From contig OZ024758.1 of the NCBI GenBank assembly GCA_964016885.1, positions 15,438,001 through 15,502,000 of the forward strand: a stretch of DNA of 64,000 nucleotides. The letters run 5' to 3'. A program made the position numbers and the translations under genes. The notes beneath the pieces are model-generated. The model did not search any database. It worked only from the letters and a program-made list of their open reading frames with translations, and was not told the origin of the DNA. This document shows, in pieces, positions 1 through 13,987 of this stretch (within the stretch, counting starts at the first letter, position 1; every line of letters begins with the position of its first letter). The stretch is from Eledone cirrhosa (taxonomy: Eukaryota).

Positions 1-167
1 ATATATATATATGGCACACGCCGTTATGGCATGACACCCATAATTTTGATTTGGATTAAATTCATTTAATTTTATCTTAATTTTGGATATATATATATAT
101 ATATATATATATAGATATATATATAGATATATATATAGAGATATAGATATAGATATATATATATATA

Positions 168-500
168 TCATCATCATCATCATTTCATTTTACGTCCGCT
201 TTTCCCTGCTTGCAAGGGTGGGACGGGAACTGATTCTGGCTTGATTTCTACAGCTGGATGCCCTTCCTAACACCAACCTCATTTACAGTGAGTGCTGGGT
301 GCTTTTTTGCCGTGGCACCTCCACGACCACTTTGCAGTGGAATGATAGGGACTCCAGTCCCTATCATCTCATTTCTACAGCTGAGTAAACTGGAGCAATG
401 TGAAATAAAGTCTCTTGCTCAAGGAAACAACACATCACCCGGTCTGAGAATTGAACTCACAACCTTTCGATTGCAAGGCCAATGCTCTAACCACTAAGCC
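168..500 (-). mobile_element. Same tRNA/CORE-like SINE family
   Basis: Reverse complement nearly identical to 37504-37826; (ATC)n tail. Confidence 0.8.
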
Positions 501-604
501 TCCGGGTTGAATCGGAGGTAACCACAGTAAGTAAGGTACATAGAGTATAACAGTTTTAATATAGATGAGATTCTACAGGACTAGAACTGTTTCATTCTTG
601 AGAA

Positions 605-662
<58 letters not shown>

Positions 663-1066
663 CCAACTGGCCTGTCCCTCCTTATGACTGCCATTCAGTT
701 CCACACTGTAAATGTGGTTGGTGTTGGGAAGGGCATCCAGCCATAGATACAAACCTGGCCAAATTTACAGTCCCATCAGAGCAATGAACCGCGTGGACAA
801 CCCTGGCCAGGCTTGTCTCTTGACGCGGACAACCCAACTGACCCGTGCAAGCATGGAAAAAATGGACATAAAATGTGATGATGATGATGATATTCTAGAC
901 TGGATACACAGAGAGGAATATAAAAGATGGCTTGCGGGATATTATTTTTTTTGTTTTTTGTTTTGTTTATCTATTTCTAGGAATTTTCAAAACAAAACTG
1001 TTTATCAAATGAGTACAACAAATGGAATCAGAAGAACGAAGAGAAAAAAAAAGACTAAAAGATTAC

Positions 1067-1319
1067 CGCAAATCTTGTAACATATCTTTTGAGTTGAACA
1101 TAGTGATGAGTGATGTGGCAGCAGCAGGGATGATAATGACTGGAGTGCGAGAACCTTTCTTTAAATTTGGAATAGGTCGGGCTTGAGAGATGGGTCGTGG
1201 TTGTGGAATAGCAGTAGGTAGAGGAGTGTGGGTTTTTCTGGCTAGGGCCCCTTCTGTCACAGATTTCAGTGTCATTCCGTGGTATGTTCCCATTGTGTCA
1301 ATTTTGAAACCTTCCGTTT
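1067..1319 (-). CDS. CDC73: CDC73 coding exon 9
   Basis: [29 protein letters not shown]...[29 protein letters not shown], donor CG|GTAATC. Confidence 0.95.
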
Positions 1320-4300
1320 CTGAGAAAAGTAAATAAATAAAATAAATAAATAAATAAATAAATAAATAAAAGGGGGCAATCTGTTTAAAAAGAAAAGATC
1401 AACACTTTCCTTGTCCAATCCTTTTCAGCACAGAAGAAATGTAAAATACGATCTGAAGGTTTAAAACTACATAACAGATACCATGGAAAGAATATCAGCT
1501 ACTACATATATATGCGGTGCCCCAGCATGGCCTCAGCCAGATGGCTGAAACAGGTAAAAGAGTAAAAGAGCATGTGAAGTTTAACCTTTGCTTTCTACAG
1601 CATGGCCTCGGTCTGTCAGCTGGAATACATGATAAAGAATATATATTAAATATAATGTAAAAGAAAAGAATATCTTACCTTCTTTGCCTCTAAAACGCTC
1701 CTGATCGTATCTGTTATAACCCACTGCTGGGGGAGGTCGGGGTTGCTGAAAAGAAGTAAATTAAGACTTATCAAATGTATTTGAATATAAGACGAGGAAT
1801 ATGTGACCCTCCCCCACCAAAAGAAAAATGTGATTAGCTGTCTCGGCTTATAAATGGGGTTTCATTTTTTTCCCCATTTCTGAGACATAAAATAGAGGGA
1901 GGAAAGGGGGTCAACTTACATTCGAGTATATCTGGTAAGTACTGGTTATGTAGAAAACAAAGGATACTTAAATTTTTGGTTTAGAAACTTTTGGGGGAAC
2001 ACCAAAGTCTAATACTGGCATATGTATATATGTATGGTCCTGTAACTCCTGATAAAGTCGTAGGGGTGTTGTATTGACATATGGTGTTTCTTGGACATTT
2101 TTAAGCCTGGCAGAGTCCATCAGATTTCTTCCAGGGAAAGATAGAAAGTGAGAGAGAGGAACCCCAGACACTCATTTGCACAACCCACTTTGGGAACCTT
2201 TGAATTAGAGCAATATTTAATAAATACCCAAGAGGAACTTACTGATATCGGTGTTGTCTGTGATGGATGGCTCATTTGTCTTTGACTTCCTTCTTCTCGA
2301 GCTTTAATGGACTGAAGGATACTGAATATATTCTTAGCAAATTCCTAAGAAAAAAAAGAATATAACAAACATAGATTAGTGTTAGTGGCACCCAGTACAC
2401 TCCAGACCTGTCAACTCTCCCCGTCCAATAGGCAGGGCCGGATTTAGATTTGATGAGGCCCTTTATATGTTATAAAAACTGCAAAACGTTCAATATTAAA
2501 GCAGAAAACTGTTTAAAACTATTGCATTATTTTAGTTCTTTTTTATCTTATATTTTTGAAATGTACACCGTTTTTTTTTCAAATTTTTCGGGGCCCCAAG
2601 AAAGTGGGGGCCCTAAGCTATAGCTTGTTTAGCTTATACATAAATCCCACTCTGCCGATGGGGAGATCTCTCACCCACCCCAAATGTCTTCTCTTGTGAA
2701 AATGGGTATAGCTTTCATTATGTAAAATTTCCCCATTTTGCCTCATTTCTCCCCGTTTGGTTTTCTAGAGTTTGGCAAGTCTGACACACTGTAAAGTGGC
2801 TGGTGATAAGAAAGACATCCAAGCACAAAAATCCTGCCAAACAAACGGTTGAAAAGACTCTTCAGTTGTGTCAAAGACATGTCAACTTCCATTATGTTAG
2901 TGCCATGATAAAATGCAATCAGAGTAGAGTGCAGGATTATATGTCCAGATCCCGAGCCACTTAAGTACTGACCGGTCTGTGGCAACATGTCTGGCCCTTG
3001 CTAATAGGGAAAACAGACTTCAAACAATAATAATGATGACATTGTCCAAACCTCTGCTAGCAGGAAAAAGAGACTTTAAACTATAATGACGATAATTCCA
3101 TATCCAACACTTACTAGCAGGGAAAACACTTTAACCCTTTAGCATTTAAACAGACCATATCCAGCCAGAATTCTCTCACCTCTTTCTGTTCAAACTGGCC
3201 GTAACTAGCCGCTCATACCAACGTTAAGGTATTGTTCTCAAAATAATATCAAAATCTCATAGATTCGATATTATGTAAGATAAAACCTTTACCGTGAAAA
3301 TATGATAGTAGATATAGAGTAATGTAAATGCTAAAAGGTTAAATGATAATGATGACATGTCTGACCCTTGCTAGCAGAGAAAACAGACTTTAAAAGATAA
3401 TGTCATTTTATTTACACGTTTCTCTGGAAATCAAAAGAAGATGAATCAACCTAACCATAGTTTTAGTTACTATAGTAACTGAAACTAACCCTAGTTTCGG
3501 TTACTATAGTAACAATCTAGATCCGTCACAACCCACGAAGAAATACATGAGCAAAGGCTTTAGACATTTATCTTTACCTTACCTACTTCAAAATATTGAT
3601 ATTAATATTAAAAAAGAAATTAGCTTACCTTCCCAGAACTCTGTAATATAGTTGTTCTAGTTCGCCATAACCTTTCTCGACTGACAATGACTCGAGTTAC
3701 ATCGACCTCAGCGTCTACGAAAGTTCGTTGGTCATCAGCACCAGGAGCAATATCATCATCACCTTTAATCATAGTTCGCTTTTTTGCCAAACGTTTTGCC
3801 TTAATAGCAGCAATCTTCTCCATTGGCAAAGCTTCAGGAAGAGAAGAAGATCTACAACAAAAAAAAAAAAAAAAAAAAAAAATCACAAAAAAAAAAAGAA
3901 TAGTAAAATCTATGTATAAATTTGAGCAACTTCTGTCCATCCGTCACACAATGTGTGTGAACGTGTGTAAAAGGAAGGGGATGGTGAAAAAACTATAGCA
4001 AAACAGTGGCTGGTGTTCTATTTGCTACAGTGTGTGTTTGTGTGAATGTATTTGTGAGTGTGTTTGTGTGAGTGTGTTTGTGTGAGTGTGTTTGTGTGAG
4101 TGTGTTTGTGTGAGTGTGTTTGTGTGAGTGTGTTTGTGTGAGTGTGTTTGTGTGAGTGAATGTGTGAGTGAATGTGTGAGTGAATGTGTGAGTGTATGTG
4201 TGAGTGTATGTGTGAGTGTATGTGTGAGTGTTTGTGTGAGTGTTTGTGTGAGTGTATGTGTGAGTGTATGTGTGAGTGTATGTGTGAGTGTATGTGTGAG

Positions 4301-7300
4301 TGTATGTGTGAGTGTTTGTGTGAGTGTTTGTGTGAGTGTTTGTGTGAGTGTTTGTGTGAGTGTTTGTGTGAGTGTTTGTGTGAGTGTTTGTGTGAGTGTT
4401 TGTGTGAGTGTTTGTGTGAGTGTTTGTGTGAGTGTTTGTGTGAGTGTTTGTGTGAGTGTTTGTGTGAGTGTGTTTGTGTGAGTGTGTTTGTGTGAGTGTT
4501 TGTGTGAGTGTGTTTGTGTGAGTGTTTGTGTGAGTGTGTTTGTGTGAGTGTTTGTGTGAGTGTGTGAATGTATGTGTGAGTGTGTGAATGTATGTGTGAG
4601 TGTGTTTGTGTGAATCTATGTGTGAGTGTGTTTGTGCGAATGTATGTATGAGTGCGTTTGTGCGAATGTATATCTGTATATGTGTTTGTGTTTGTACGTT
4701 TATATCTATATACTCCTGCATATAAATGTATGCATAAGCCTTTACTGCGAAAATACAATAGTATATATAGAGTAAAGAGTTAAATATAGAAATCAAATGG
4801 ATTGATACTCACGCAATTTTGGAAGGTATCATTGAAGTCTCACGGGGGGCATCTATCTTATTCATCCAGTTTTTCTTAGCCTGTTGAACTTGCTCTTCCT
4901 GAAAAGAAAGCAAAACTAGACTTATTAATCTGTCATAACTAATGAGATAAACTTGCTAATCCATTCTTTATAAAAGCTAACAGCAAAAAAACAATAACTC
5001 TTATTGCCCCACTAAATCAGTCAAACCTCAAAAATAAGTTATTACTGTATTTAGTAAAATTTGTTCTTCACTCAATCAATGGAGAAGGAATATGGGGCAG
5101 ACGCCAAGTGTCCCAAGACGAGCTCAGTGTGGATGGAAACCCCATGTTGAGCAAAAGGGTAAAAGCTCACTCAGTCTCAATTTTCAGTATGATACGGACC
5201 ACGAAAGCATGGCCCCACAAAATGAAGGAGAGAAATGGCCATCAGCAACTACTGAAAATCCTTCACCTCACCTATGTTCATAGATAAATGTTTAACAGTG
5301 TTAATGTTATCAATCTAAACATGCGGTCCTTTAGAAGCACACATGTGGCCCACACAAAGAGTTTTACAGTGCCAGCATGTTTTATCTTTGTAATATAAAA
5401 TGAAAAAAAATATTTGCAATGTGTGCAATTAGTTGTCGTGTGTGGCCCTCAGACAACACATATGTGACCCATGTGGCCCTCAGACAACACATGTGACCCA
5501 TGTGGCCCTCAGACAACACATATGTGACCCATGTGGCCCTCAGACAACACATATGTGACCCATGTGGCCCTCAGACAACACGTGATCCATGTGGCCCTCG
5601 GACAACATATGTGACCCATGTGGCCCTCAGACAACACATATGTGACCCGTGTGGCCCTCAGACAACACATGTGACCCATGTGGCCCTTGGACAACATACA
5701 TGTGACCCGTGTGGCCCTCAGACAACACATATGTGACCCATGTGGCCCTCAGACAACACATGTGACCCATGTGGCCCTCGGACAACATATATGTGACCCG
5801 TGTGGCCCTCGGACAACACATATGTGACCCATGTGGCCCTCGGACAAAATACATGTGACCTATGTGGCCCTCGGGGGACCCTAGGTTTGACATGCCTGAT
5901 CTAGAGGACACTGCCCTTTATCCTGTGACTAAACCCTGAGAGTACTTAATGGTTGGTATCAAAAGGGTTAATGAAACTTACCTCAAGCCGAGGTTTCTTC
6001 TTTTCTTGGTCTCCTTGGTTATCATCTGTTGTTCGTTTTACTGAAGACACAAAATAAAGAAAGGAATTCAGACATTACGACCAAATCAAGAATTCAGAGC
6101 GATATCTAATATAATCAATATCAGCTTAACGTGAAGGTCATCATCATTTTACGTCCATTTGTCCACACTAGCATGGGTTGGACGGGTTGTCCTGTTTGGG
6201 GCAAGTTGCTCATAAAAAACTGTTTCTGGCTAGGTTTCTACAATTAGATGCCCTTCCTAACACCAACCACATTTACATTACAATACAATGTGGGCTTGAA
6301 CACTTTACAGTGTGTGCTGGGCGCTTTTTGTCATGACACCTACACAACCACATTTAAGTGTGGGCTGGGCACTTTTTGTTGTTGCATCTACATAATCACT
6401 TTACAGTGTGTGCTGGGTGCTTTTTGTTGTTGCATCTACATGATCACTTTACAGTGTGTGCTGGGCACTTTTTGTTGTTGCATCTACATGATCACTTTAC
6501 AGTGTGTGATGGGCACTTTTTGTTGTTGCATCTACATGATCACTTTACAGTGTGTGATGGGCACTTTTTGTTGTTGCATCTACATGATCACTTTACAGTG
6601 TGTGCTGGGCACTTTTTGTTGTTGCATCTACATGATCACTTTACAGTGTGTGCTGGGCACTTTTTGTTGTTGCATCTACATGATCACTTTACAGTGTGTG
6701 CTGGGCACTTTTTGTTGTTGCATCTACATGATCACTTTACAGTGTGTGCTGGGTGCTTTTTGTTGTTGCATCTACATGATCACTTTACAGTGTGTGCTGG
6801 GCACTTTTTGTTGTTGCATCTACATGATCACTTTACAGTGTGTGCTGGGCACTTTTTGTTGTTGCATCTACATGATCACTTTACAGTGTGTGCTGGGCAC
6901 TTTTTGTTGTTGCATCTACATGATCACTTTACAGTGTGTGCTGGGCACTTTTTGTTGTTGCATCTACATGATCACTTTACAGTGTGTGCTGGGCACTTTT
7001 TGTTGTTGCATCTACATGATCACTTTACAGTGTGTGCTGGGCACTTTTTGTTGTTGCATCTACATAATCACTTTACAGTGTGTGCTGGGCACTTTTTGTT
7101 GTTGCATCTACATGAACACTTTACAGTGTGTGCTGGGCACTTTTTGTTGTTGCATCTACATGATCACTTTACAGTGTGTGCTGGGTGCTTTTTGTTGTTG
7201 CATCTACATGATCACTTTACAGTGCGTGCTGGGCACTTTTTGTTGTTGCATCTACATGATCACTTTACAGTGTGTGCTGGGTGCTTTTTGTTGTTGCATC

Positions 7301-10300
7301 TACATGATCACTTTACAGTGTGTGCTGGGCACTTTTTGTTGTTGCATCTACATGATCACTTTACAGTGTGTGCTGGGTGCTTTTTGTTGTTGCATCTACA
7401 TGATCACTTTACAGTGTGTGCTGGGCACTTTTTGTTGTTGCATCTACATGATCACTTTACAGTGTGTGCTGGGCACTTTTTGTTGTTGCATCTACATGAA
7501 CACTTTACAGTGTGTGCTGGGCACCTTTTGTTGTTGCATCTACATGAACACTTTACAGTGTGTGCTGGGCACTTTTTGTTGTTGCATCTACATGATCACT
7601 TTACAGTGTGTGCTGGGCACTTTTTGTTGTTGCATCTACATGAACACTTTACAGTGTGTGCTGGGCACTTTTTGTTGTTGCATCTACATGAACACTTTAC
7701 AGTGTGTGCTGGGCACTTTTTGTTGTTGCATCTACATGATCACTTTTCAGTGTGTGCTGGGCACTTTTTGTTGTTGCATCTACATGATCACTTTACAGTG
7801 TGTGCTGGGTGCTTTTTGTTGTTGCATCTACATGATCACTTTTCAGTGTGTGCTGGGTGCTTTATGTTGTTGCATCTACACGATCACTTTTCAGTGTGTG
7901 CTGGGTGCTTTATGTTGTTGCATCTACATGATCACTTTACAGTGTGTGCTGGGTGCTTTTTGTTGTTGCATCTACATGATCACTTTACAGTGTGTGCTGG
8001 GCACTTTTTGTTGTTGCATCTACATGATCACTTTACAGTGTGTGCTGGGCACTTTTTGTTGTTGCATCTACATGATCACTTTTCAGTGTGTGCTGGGTGC
8101 TTTATGTTGTTGCATCTACATGATCACTTTACAGTGTGCTGGGCACTTTTTGTTGTTGCATCTACATGAACACTTTACAGTGTGTGCTGGGCACTTTTTG
8201 TTGTTGCATCTACATGATCACTTTACAGTGTGTGCTGGGTGCTTTTTGTTGTTGCATCTACATGATCACTTTACAGTGTGTGCTGGGTGCTTTTTGTTGT
8301 TGCATCTACATGAACACTTTACAGTGTGTGCTGGGCACTTTTTGTTGTTGCATCTACATGAACACTTTACAGTGTGTGCTGGGCACTTTTTGTTGTTGCA
8401 TCTACATGAACACTTTACAGTGTGTGCTGGGCACTTTTTGTTGTTGCATCTACATGAACACTTTACAGTGTGTGCTGGGCACTTTTTGTTGTTGCATCTA
8501 CATGATCACTTTACAGTGTGTGCTGGGTGCTTTTTGTTGTTGCATCTACATGAACACTTTACAGTGTGTGCTGGGCACTTTTTGTTGTTGCATCTACATG
8601 AACACTTTACAGTGTGTGCTGGGCACTTTTTGTTGTTGCATCTACATGAACACTTTACAGTGTGCTGGGCACTTTTTGTTGTTGCATCTACATGAACACT
8701 TTACAGTGTGTGCTGGGCACTTTTTGTTGTTGCATCTACATGATCACTTTACAGTGTGTGCTGGGTGCTTTTTGTTGTTGCATCTACATGATCACTTTAC
8801 AGTGTGTGCTGGGCACTTTTTGTTGTTGCATCTACATGATCACTTTACAGTGTGTGCTGGGTGCTTTTTGTTGTTGCATCTACATGATCACTTTACAGTG
8901 TGTGCTGGGTACTTTTTGTTGTTGCACCTACATGATCACTTTACAGTGTGTGCTGGGCAGTTTTTGTTGTTGCATCTACATGATCACTTTACAGTGTGTG
9001 CTGGGTGCTTTATGTTGTTGCATCTACATGATCACTTTTCAGTGTGTGCTGGGTGCTTTATGTTGTTGCATCTACATGATCACTTTACAGTGTGTGCTGG
9101 GTGCTTTTTGTTGTTGCATCTACATGATCACTTTACAGTGTGTGCTGGGCACTTTTTGTTGTTGCATCTACATGATCATTTTACAGTGTGTGCTGGGTGC
9201 TTTTTGTTGTTGCATCTACATGATCACTTTACAGTGTGTGCTGGGCACTTTTTGTTGTTGCATCTACATGATCACTTTACAGTGTGTGCTGGGCACTTTT
9301 TGTTGTTGCATCTACATGATCACTTTACAGTGTGTGCTGGGTGCTTTTTGTTGTTGCATCTACATGATCACTTTACAGTGTGTGCTGGGCACTTTTTGTT
9401 GTTGCATCTACATGATCACTTTACAGTGTGTGCTGGGTGCTTTTTGTTGTTGCATCTACATGATCACTTTACAGTGTGTGATGGGCACTTTTTGTTGTTG
9501 CATCTACATGATCACTTTACAGTGTGTGCTGGGTGCTTTTTGTTGTTGCATCTACATGATCACTTTACAGTGTGTGATGGGCACTTTTTGTTGTTGCATC
9601 TACATGATCACTTTACAGTGTGTGCTGGGTGCTTTTTGTTGTTGCATCTACATGATCACTTTACAGTGTGTGATGGGCACTTTTTGTTGTTGCATCTACA
9701 TGATCACTTTACAGTGTGTGCTGGGTGCTTTTTGTTGTTGCATCTACATGATCACTTTACAGTGTGTGATGGGCACTTTTTGTTGTTGCATCTACATGAT
9801 CACTTTACAGTGTGTGATGGGCACTTTTTGTTGTTGCATCTACATGATCACTTTACAGTGTGTGCTGGGCACTTTTTGTTGTTGCATCTACATGATCACT
9901 TTACAGTGTGTGCTGGCTGCTTTTTGTTGTTGCATCTACATGATCACTTTACAGTGTGTGCTGGGTGTTTTTTGTTGTTGCATCTACATGATCACTCTAC
10001 AGTGTGTGCTGGGCACTTTTTGTCGTTGCATCTACATGATCACTTTACAGTGTGTGCTGGGTGCTTTTTGTTGTTGCATCTACATGATCACTTTACAGTG
10101 TGTGCTGGGTGCTTTTTGTTGTTGCATCTACATGATCACTTTACAGTGTGTGCTGGGCACTTTTTGTTGTTGCATCTACATGATCACTTTACAGTGTGTG
10201 CTGGGTGCTTTTTGTTGTTGCATCTACATGATCACTTTACAGTGTGTGCTGGGCACTTTTTGTTGTTGCATCTACATGATCACTTTACAGTGTGTGCTGG

Positions 10301-13300
10301 GCACTTTTTGTTGTTGCATCTACATGATCACTTTACAGTGTGTGCTGGGTGCTTTTTGTTGTTGCATCTACATGATCACTTTACAGTGTGTGCTGGCTGC
10401 TTTTTGTTGTTGCATCTACATGATCACTTTACAGTGTGTGATGGGCACTTTTTGTTGTTGCATCTACATGATCACTTTACAGTGTGTGATGGGCACTTTT
10501 TGTTGTTGCATCTACATGATCACTTTACAGTGTGTGCTGGCTGCTTTTTGTTGTTGCATCTACATGATCACTTTACAGTGTGTGCTGGGTGCTTTTTGTT
10601 GTTGCATCTACATGATCACTTTACAGTGTGTGCTGGGCACTTTTTGTTGTTGCATCTACATGATCACTTTACAGTGTGTGCTGGGTGCTTTTTGTTGTTG
10701 CATCTACATGATCACTTTACAGTGTGTGCTGGGTGCTTTTTGTTGTTGCATCTACATGATCACTTTACAGTGTGTGCTGGGCACTTTTTGTTGTTGCATC
10801 TACATGATCACTTTACAGTGTGTGCTGGGTGCTTTTTGTTGTTGCATCTACATGATCACTTTACAGTGTGTGCTGGGCACTTTTTGTTGTTGCATCTACA
10901 TGATCACTTTACAGTGTGTGCTGGGCACTTTTTGTTGTTGCATCTACATGATCACTTTACAGTGTGTGCTGGGTGCTTTTTGTTGTTGCATCTACATGAT
11001 CACTTTACAGTGTGTGCTGGGTGCTTTTTGTTGTTGCATCTACATGTTCACTTTACAGTGTGTGCTGGGTGCTTTTTGTTGTTGCATCTACATGTTCACT
11101 TTACAGTGTGTGCTGGGTGCTTTTTGTTGTTGCATCTACATGATCACTTTACAGTGTGTGCTGGGTGCTTTTTGTTGTTGCATCTACATGTTCACTTTAC
11201 AGTGTGTGCTGGGTGCTTTTTGTTGTTGCATCTACATGTTCACTTTACAGTGTGTGCTGGGTGCTTTTTGTTGTTGCATCTACATGATCAATTTACAGTG
11301 TGTGCTGGGCACTTTTTGTTGTTGCATCTACATGTTCACTTTACAGTGTGTGCTGGGTGCTTTTTGTTGTTGCATCTACATGATCACTTTACAGTGTGTG
11401 CTGGGTGCTTTTTGTTGTTGCATCTACATGATCACTTTACAGTGTGTGCTGGGTGCTTTTTGTTGTTGCATCTACATGATCACTTTACAGTGTGTGCTGG
11501 GCACTTTTTGTTGTTGCACCTACACGACCACATTTACAGTGTGTGCTGGGTGCTTTTTGTTGTTGCATCTACATGATCACTTTACAGTGTGTGCTGGGCA
11601 CTTTTTGTTGTTGCATCTACATGATCACTTTACAGTGTGTGCTGGGTGCTTTTTGTTGTTGCATCTACATGATCACTTTACAGTGTGTGCTGGGTGCTTT
11701 TTGTTGTTGCATCTACATGATCACTTTACAGTGTGTGCTGGGCACTTTTTGTTGTTGCATCTACATGATCACTTTACAGTGTGTGCTGGGTGCTTTTTGT
11801 TGTTGCATCTACATGATCACTTTACAGTGTGTGCTGGGTGCTTTTTGTTGTTGCATCTACATGATCACTTTACAGTGTGTGCTGGGCACTTTTTGTTGTT
11901 GCATCTACATGATCACTTTACAGTGTGTGCTGGGTGCTTTTTGTTGTTGCATCTACATGATCACTTTACAGTGTGTGCTGGGTGCTTTTTGTTGTTGCAT
12001 CTACATGATCACTTTACAGTGTGTGCTGGGTGCTTTTTGTTGTTGCATCTACATGATCACTTTACAGTGTGTGCTGGGTGCTTTTTGTTGTTGCATCTAC
12101 ATGTTCACTTTACAGTGTGTGCTGGGTGCTTTTTGTTGTTGCATCTACATGATCACTTTACAGTGTGTGCTGGGCACTTTTTGTTGTTGCATCTACATGA
12201 TCACTTTACAGTGTGTGCTGGGCACTTTTTGTTGTTGCATCTACATGATCACTTTACAGTGTGTGCTGGGTGCTTTTTGTTGTTGCATCTACATGATCAC
12301 TTTACAGTGTGTGCTGGGTGCTTTTTGTTGTTGCATCTACATGTTCACTTTACAGTGTGTGCTGGGTGCTTTTTGTTGTTGCATCTACATGTTCACTTTA
12401 CAGTGTGTGCTGGGTGCTTTTTGTTGTTGCATCTACATGATCAATTTACAGTGTGTGCTGGGCACTTTTTGTTGTTGCATCTACATGATCACTTTACAGT
12501 GTGTGCTGGGTGCTTTTTGTTGTTGCATCTACATGATCACTTTACAGTGTGTGCTGGGTGCTTTTTGTTGTTGCATCTACATGATCACTTTACAGTGTGT
12601 GCTGGGCACTTTTTGTTGTTGCACCTACACGACCACATTTACAGTGTGTGCTGGGTGCTTTTTGTTGTTGCATCTACATGATCACTTTACAGTGTCTGCT
12701 GGGCACTTTTTGTTGTTGCACCTACACGACCACATTTACAGTGTGTGCTGGGCACTTTTTGTTGTTGCATCTACATGATCACTTTACAGTGTGTGCTGGG
12801 TGCTTTTTGTTGTTGCATCTACATGATCACTTTACAGTGTGTGCTGGGTGCTTTTTGTTGTTGCATCTACATGATCACTTTACAGTGTGTGCTGGGTGCT
12901 TTTTTGCCGTGTCGCCATCACGATCACTTTACAGTGTGGGCTGGGTACAGAAATAATTTCAATTAGTTACCCCCTTTTGTTGCCATCATTATCATTTTAA
13001 TATATTCTAAACCCTTTTGATTCTAAGTTCTGTTCCACAACAATAATTTCTTCCCTAGCTATAAGAACCAGGTCGTCAGAGTAACAGACTACTGGATCAG
13101 TAGTCTCTACTATGGTATTTACTCATTCTCATGTTTGTCAATATTAAAACACACACATATTACTGTATTATGTGTTCCTGTCGACAGGCTGAGGCCATGC
13201 AGGGGCACCGCCATATATATATATATATAGTTATGTAATAAACAACATAAGATAATTATTTCATTTACCAGTGGTTTCTTGAAAGCAAACAAAATATGCT

Positions 13301-13942
13301 TTCAGTCATCAGAATGAAAAAATCCTGGTGTATTTATTGACAGTGGATTTTAAAAACCAGGTTTTTAAAATCCACTGTCAATAAATACACCAGGATTTTT
13401 TCATTCTGATGACTGAAAGCATATTTTGTTTGCTTTCAAGAAACCACTGGTAAATGAAATAATTATCTTATGTTGTTTATTACATAACTATTAAGCTCTG
13501 TAACCTACATAGAGCACTCTTTTTTCCTGGACCTTTCCGACGGAATTCATTTATATCATCATCATTTCATTTTACGTCTGCTTTTCCCTGCTTGCAAGGG
13601 TGGGACGGGAACTGATTCTGGCTTGCTTTCTACAGCTGGATGCCCTTCCTAACACCAACCTCATTTACAGTGAGTGCTGCCTGCTTTTTTTGCCGTGGCA
13701 CCTCCACAACCACTTTACAGTGTGGGCTGGGTGCCTTTTTTGCCGTGGCACCTCCACAACCACTTTGCAGTGGAATGATAGGGACCCCAGTCCTATCATC
13801 TCATTTCTACAGCTGAGTAAACTGGAGCAATGTGAAATAAAGTGTCTTGCTCAAGGAAACAACACAGCACCCGGTCTGAGAATTGAACTCACAACCTTTC
13901 GATTGCAAGACCAATGCTCTAACCACTAAGCCATGTGCCTTA

Positions 13943-13987
<45 letters not shown>

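Noticed and set aside
258-497. Recurrent [11 protein letters not shown] small ORFs (also 19779, 26714, 37514)
   Set aside because: Antisense readings of SINE copies, not a gene family.
3993-4796. His/Thr-rich and Cys/Val-rich ORFs
   Set aside because: Microsatellite translations.
6301-12947. CRISPR-like array
   Set aside because: Units are contiguous with no unique spacers, the context is eukaryotic and there are no cas genes.
6248-12966. Very long Cys-rich and His/Leu-rich ORFs (up to 1339 aa)
   Set aside because: Translations of a 48-bp satellite that lacks stops in two frames. The frames swap at small indels, the array is intronic and antisense to CDC73, and the unit derives from a SINE.
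13086-13108. Short hairpin AGACTACTG-GAT-CAGTAGTCT as a Helitron end or terminator
   Set aside because: Single occurrence with no matching 5' end or second copy in the window.
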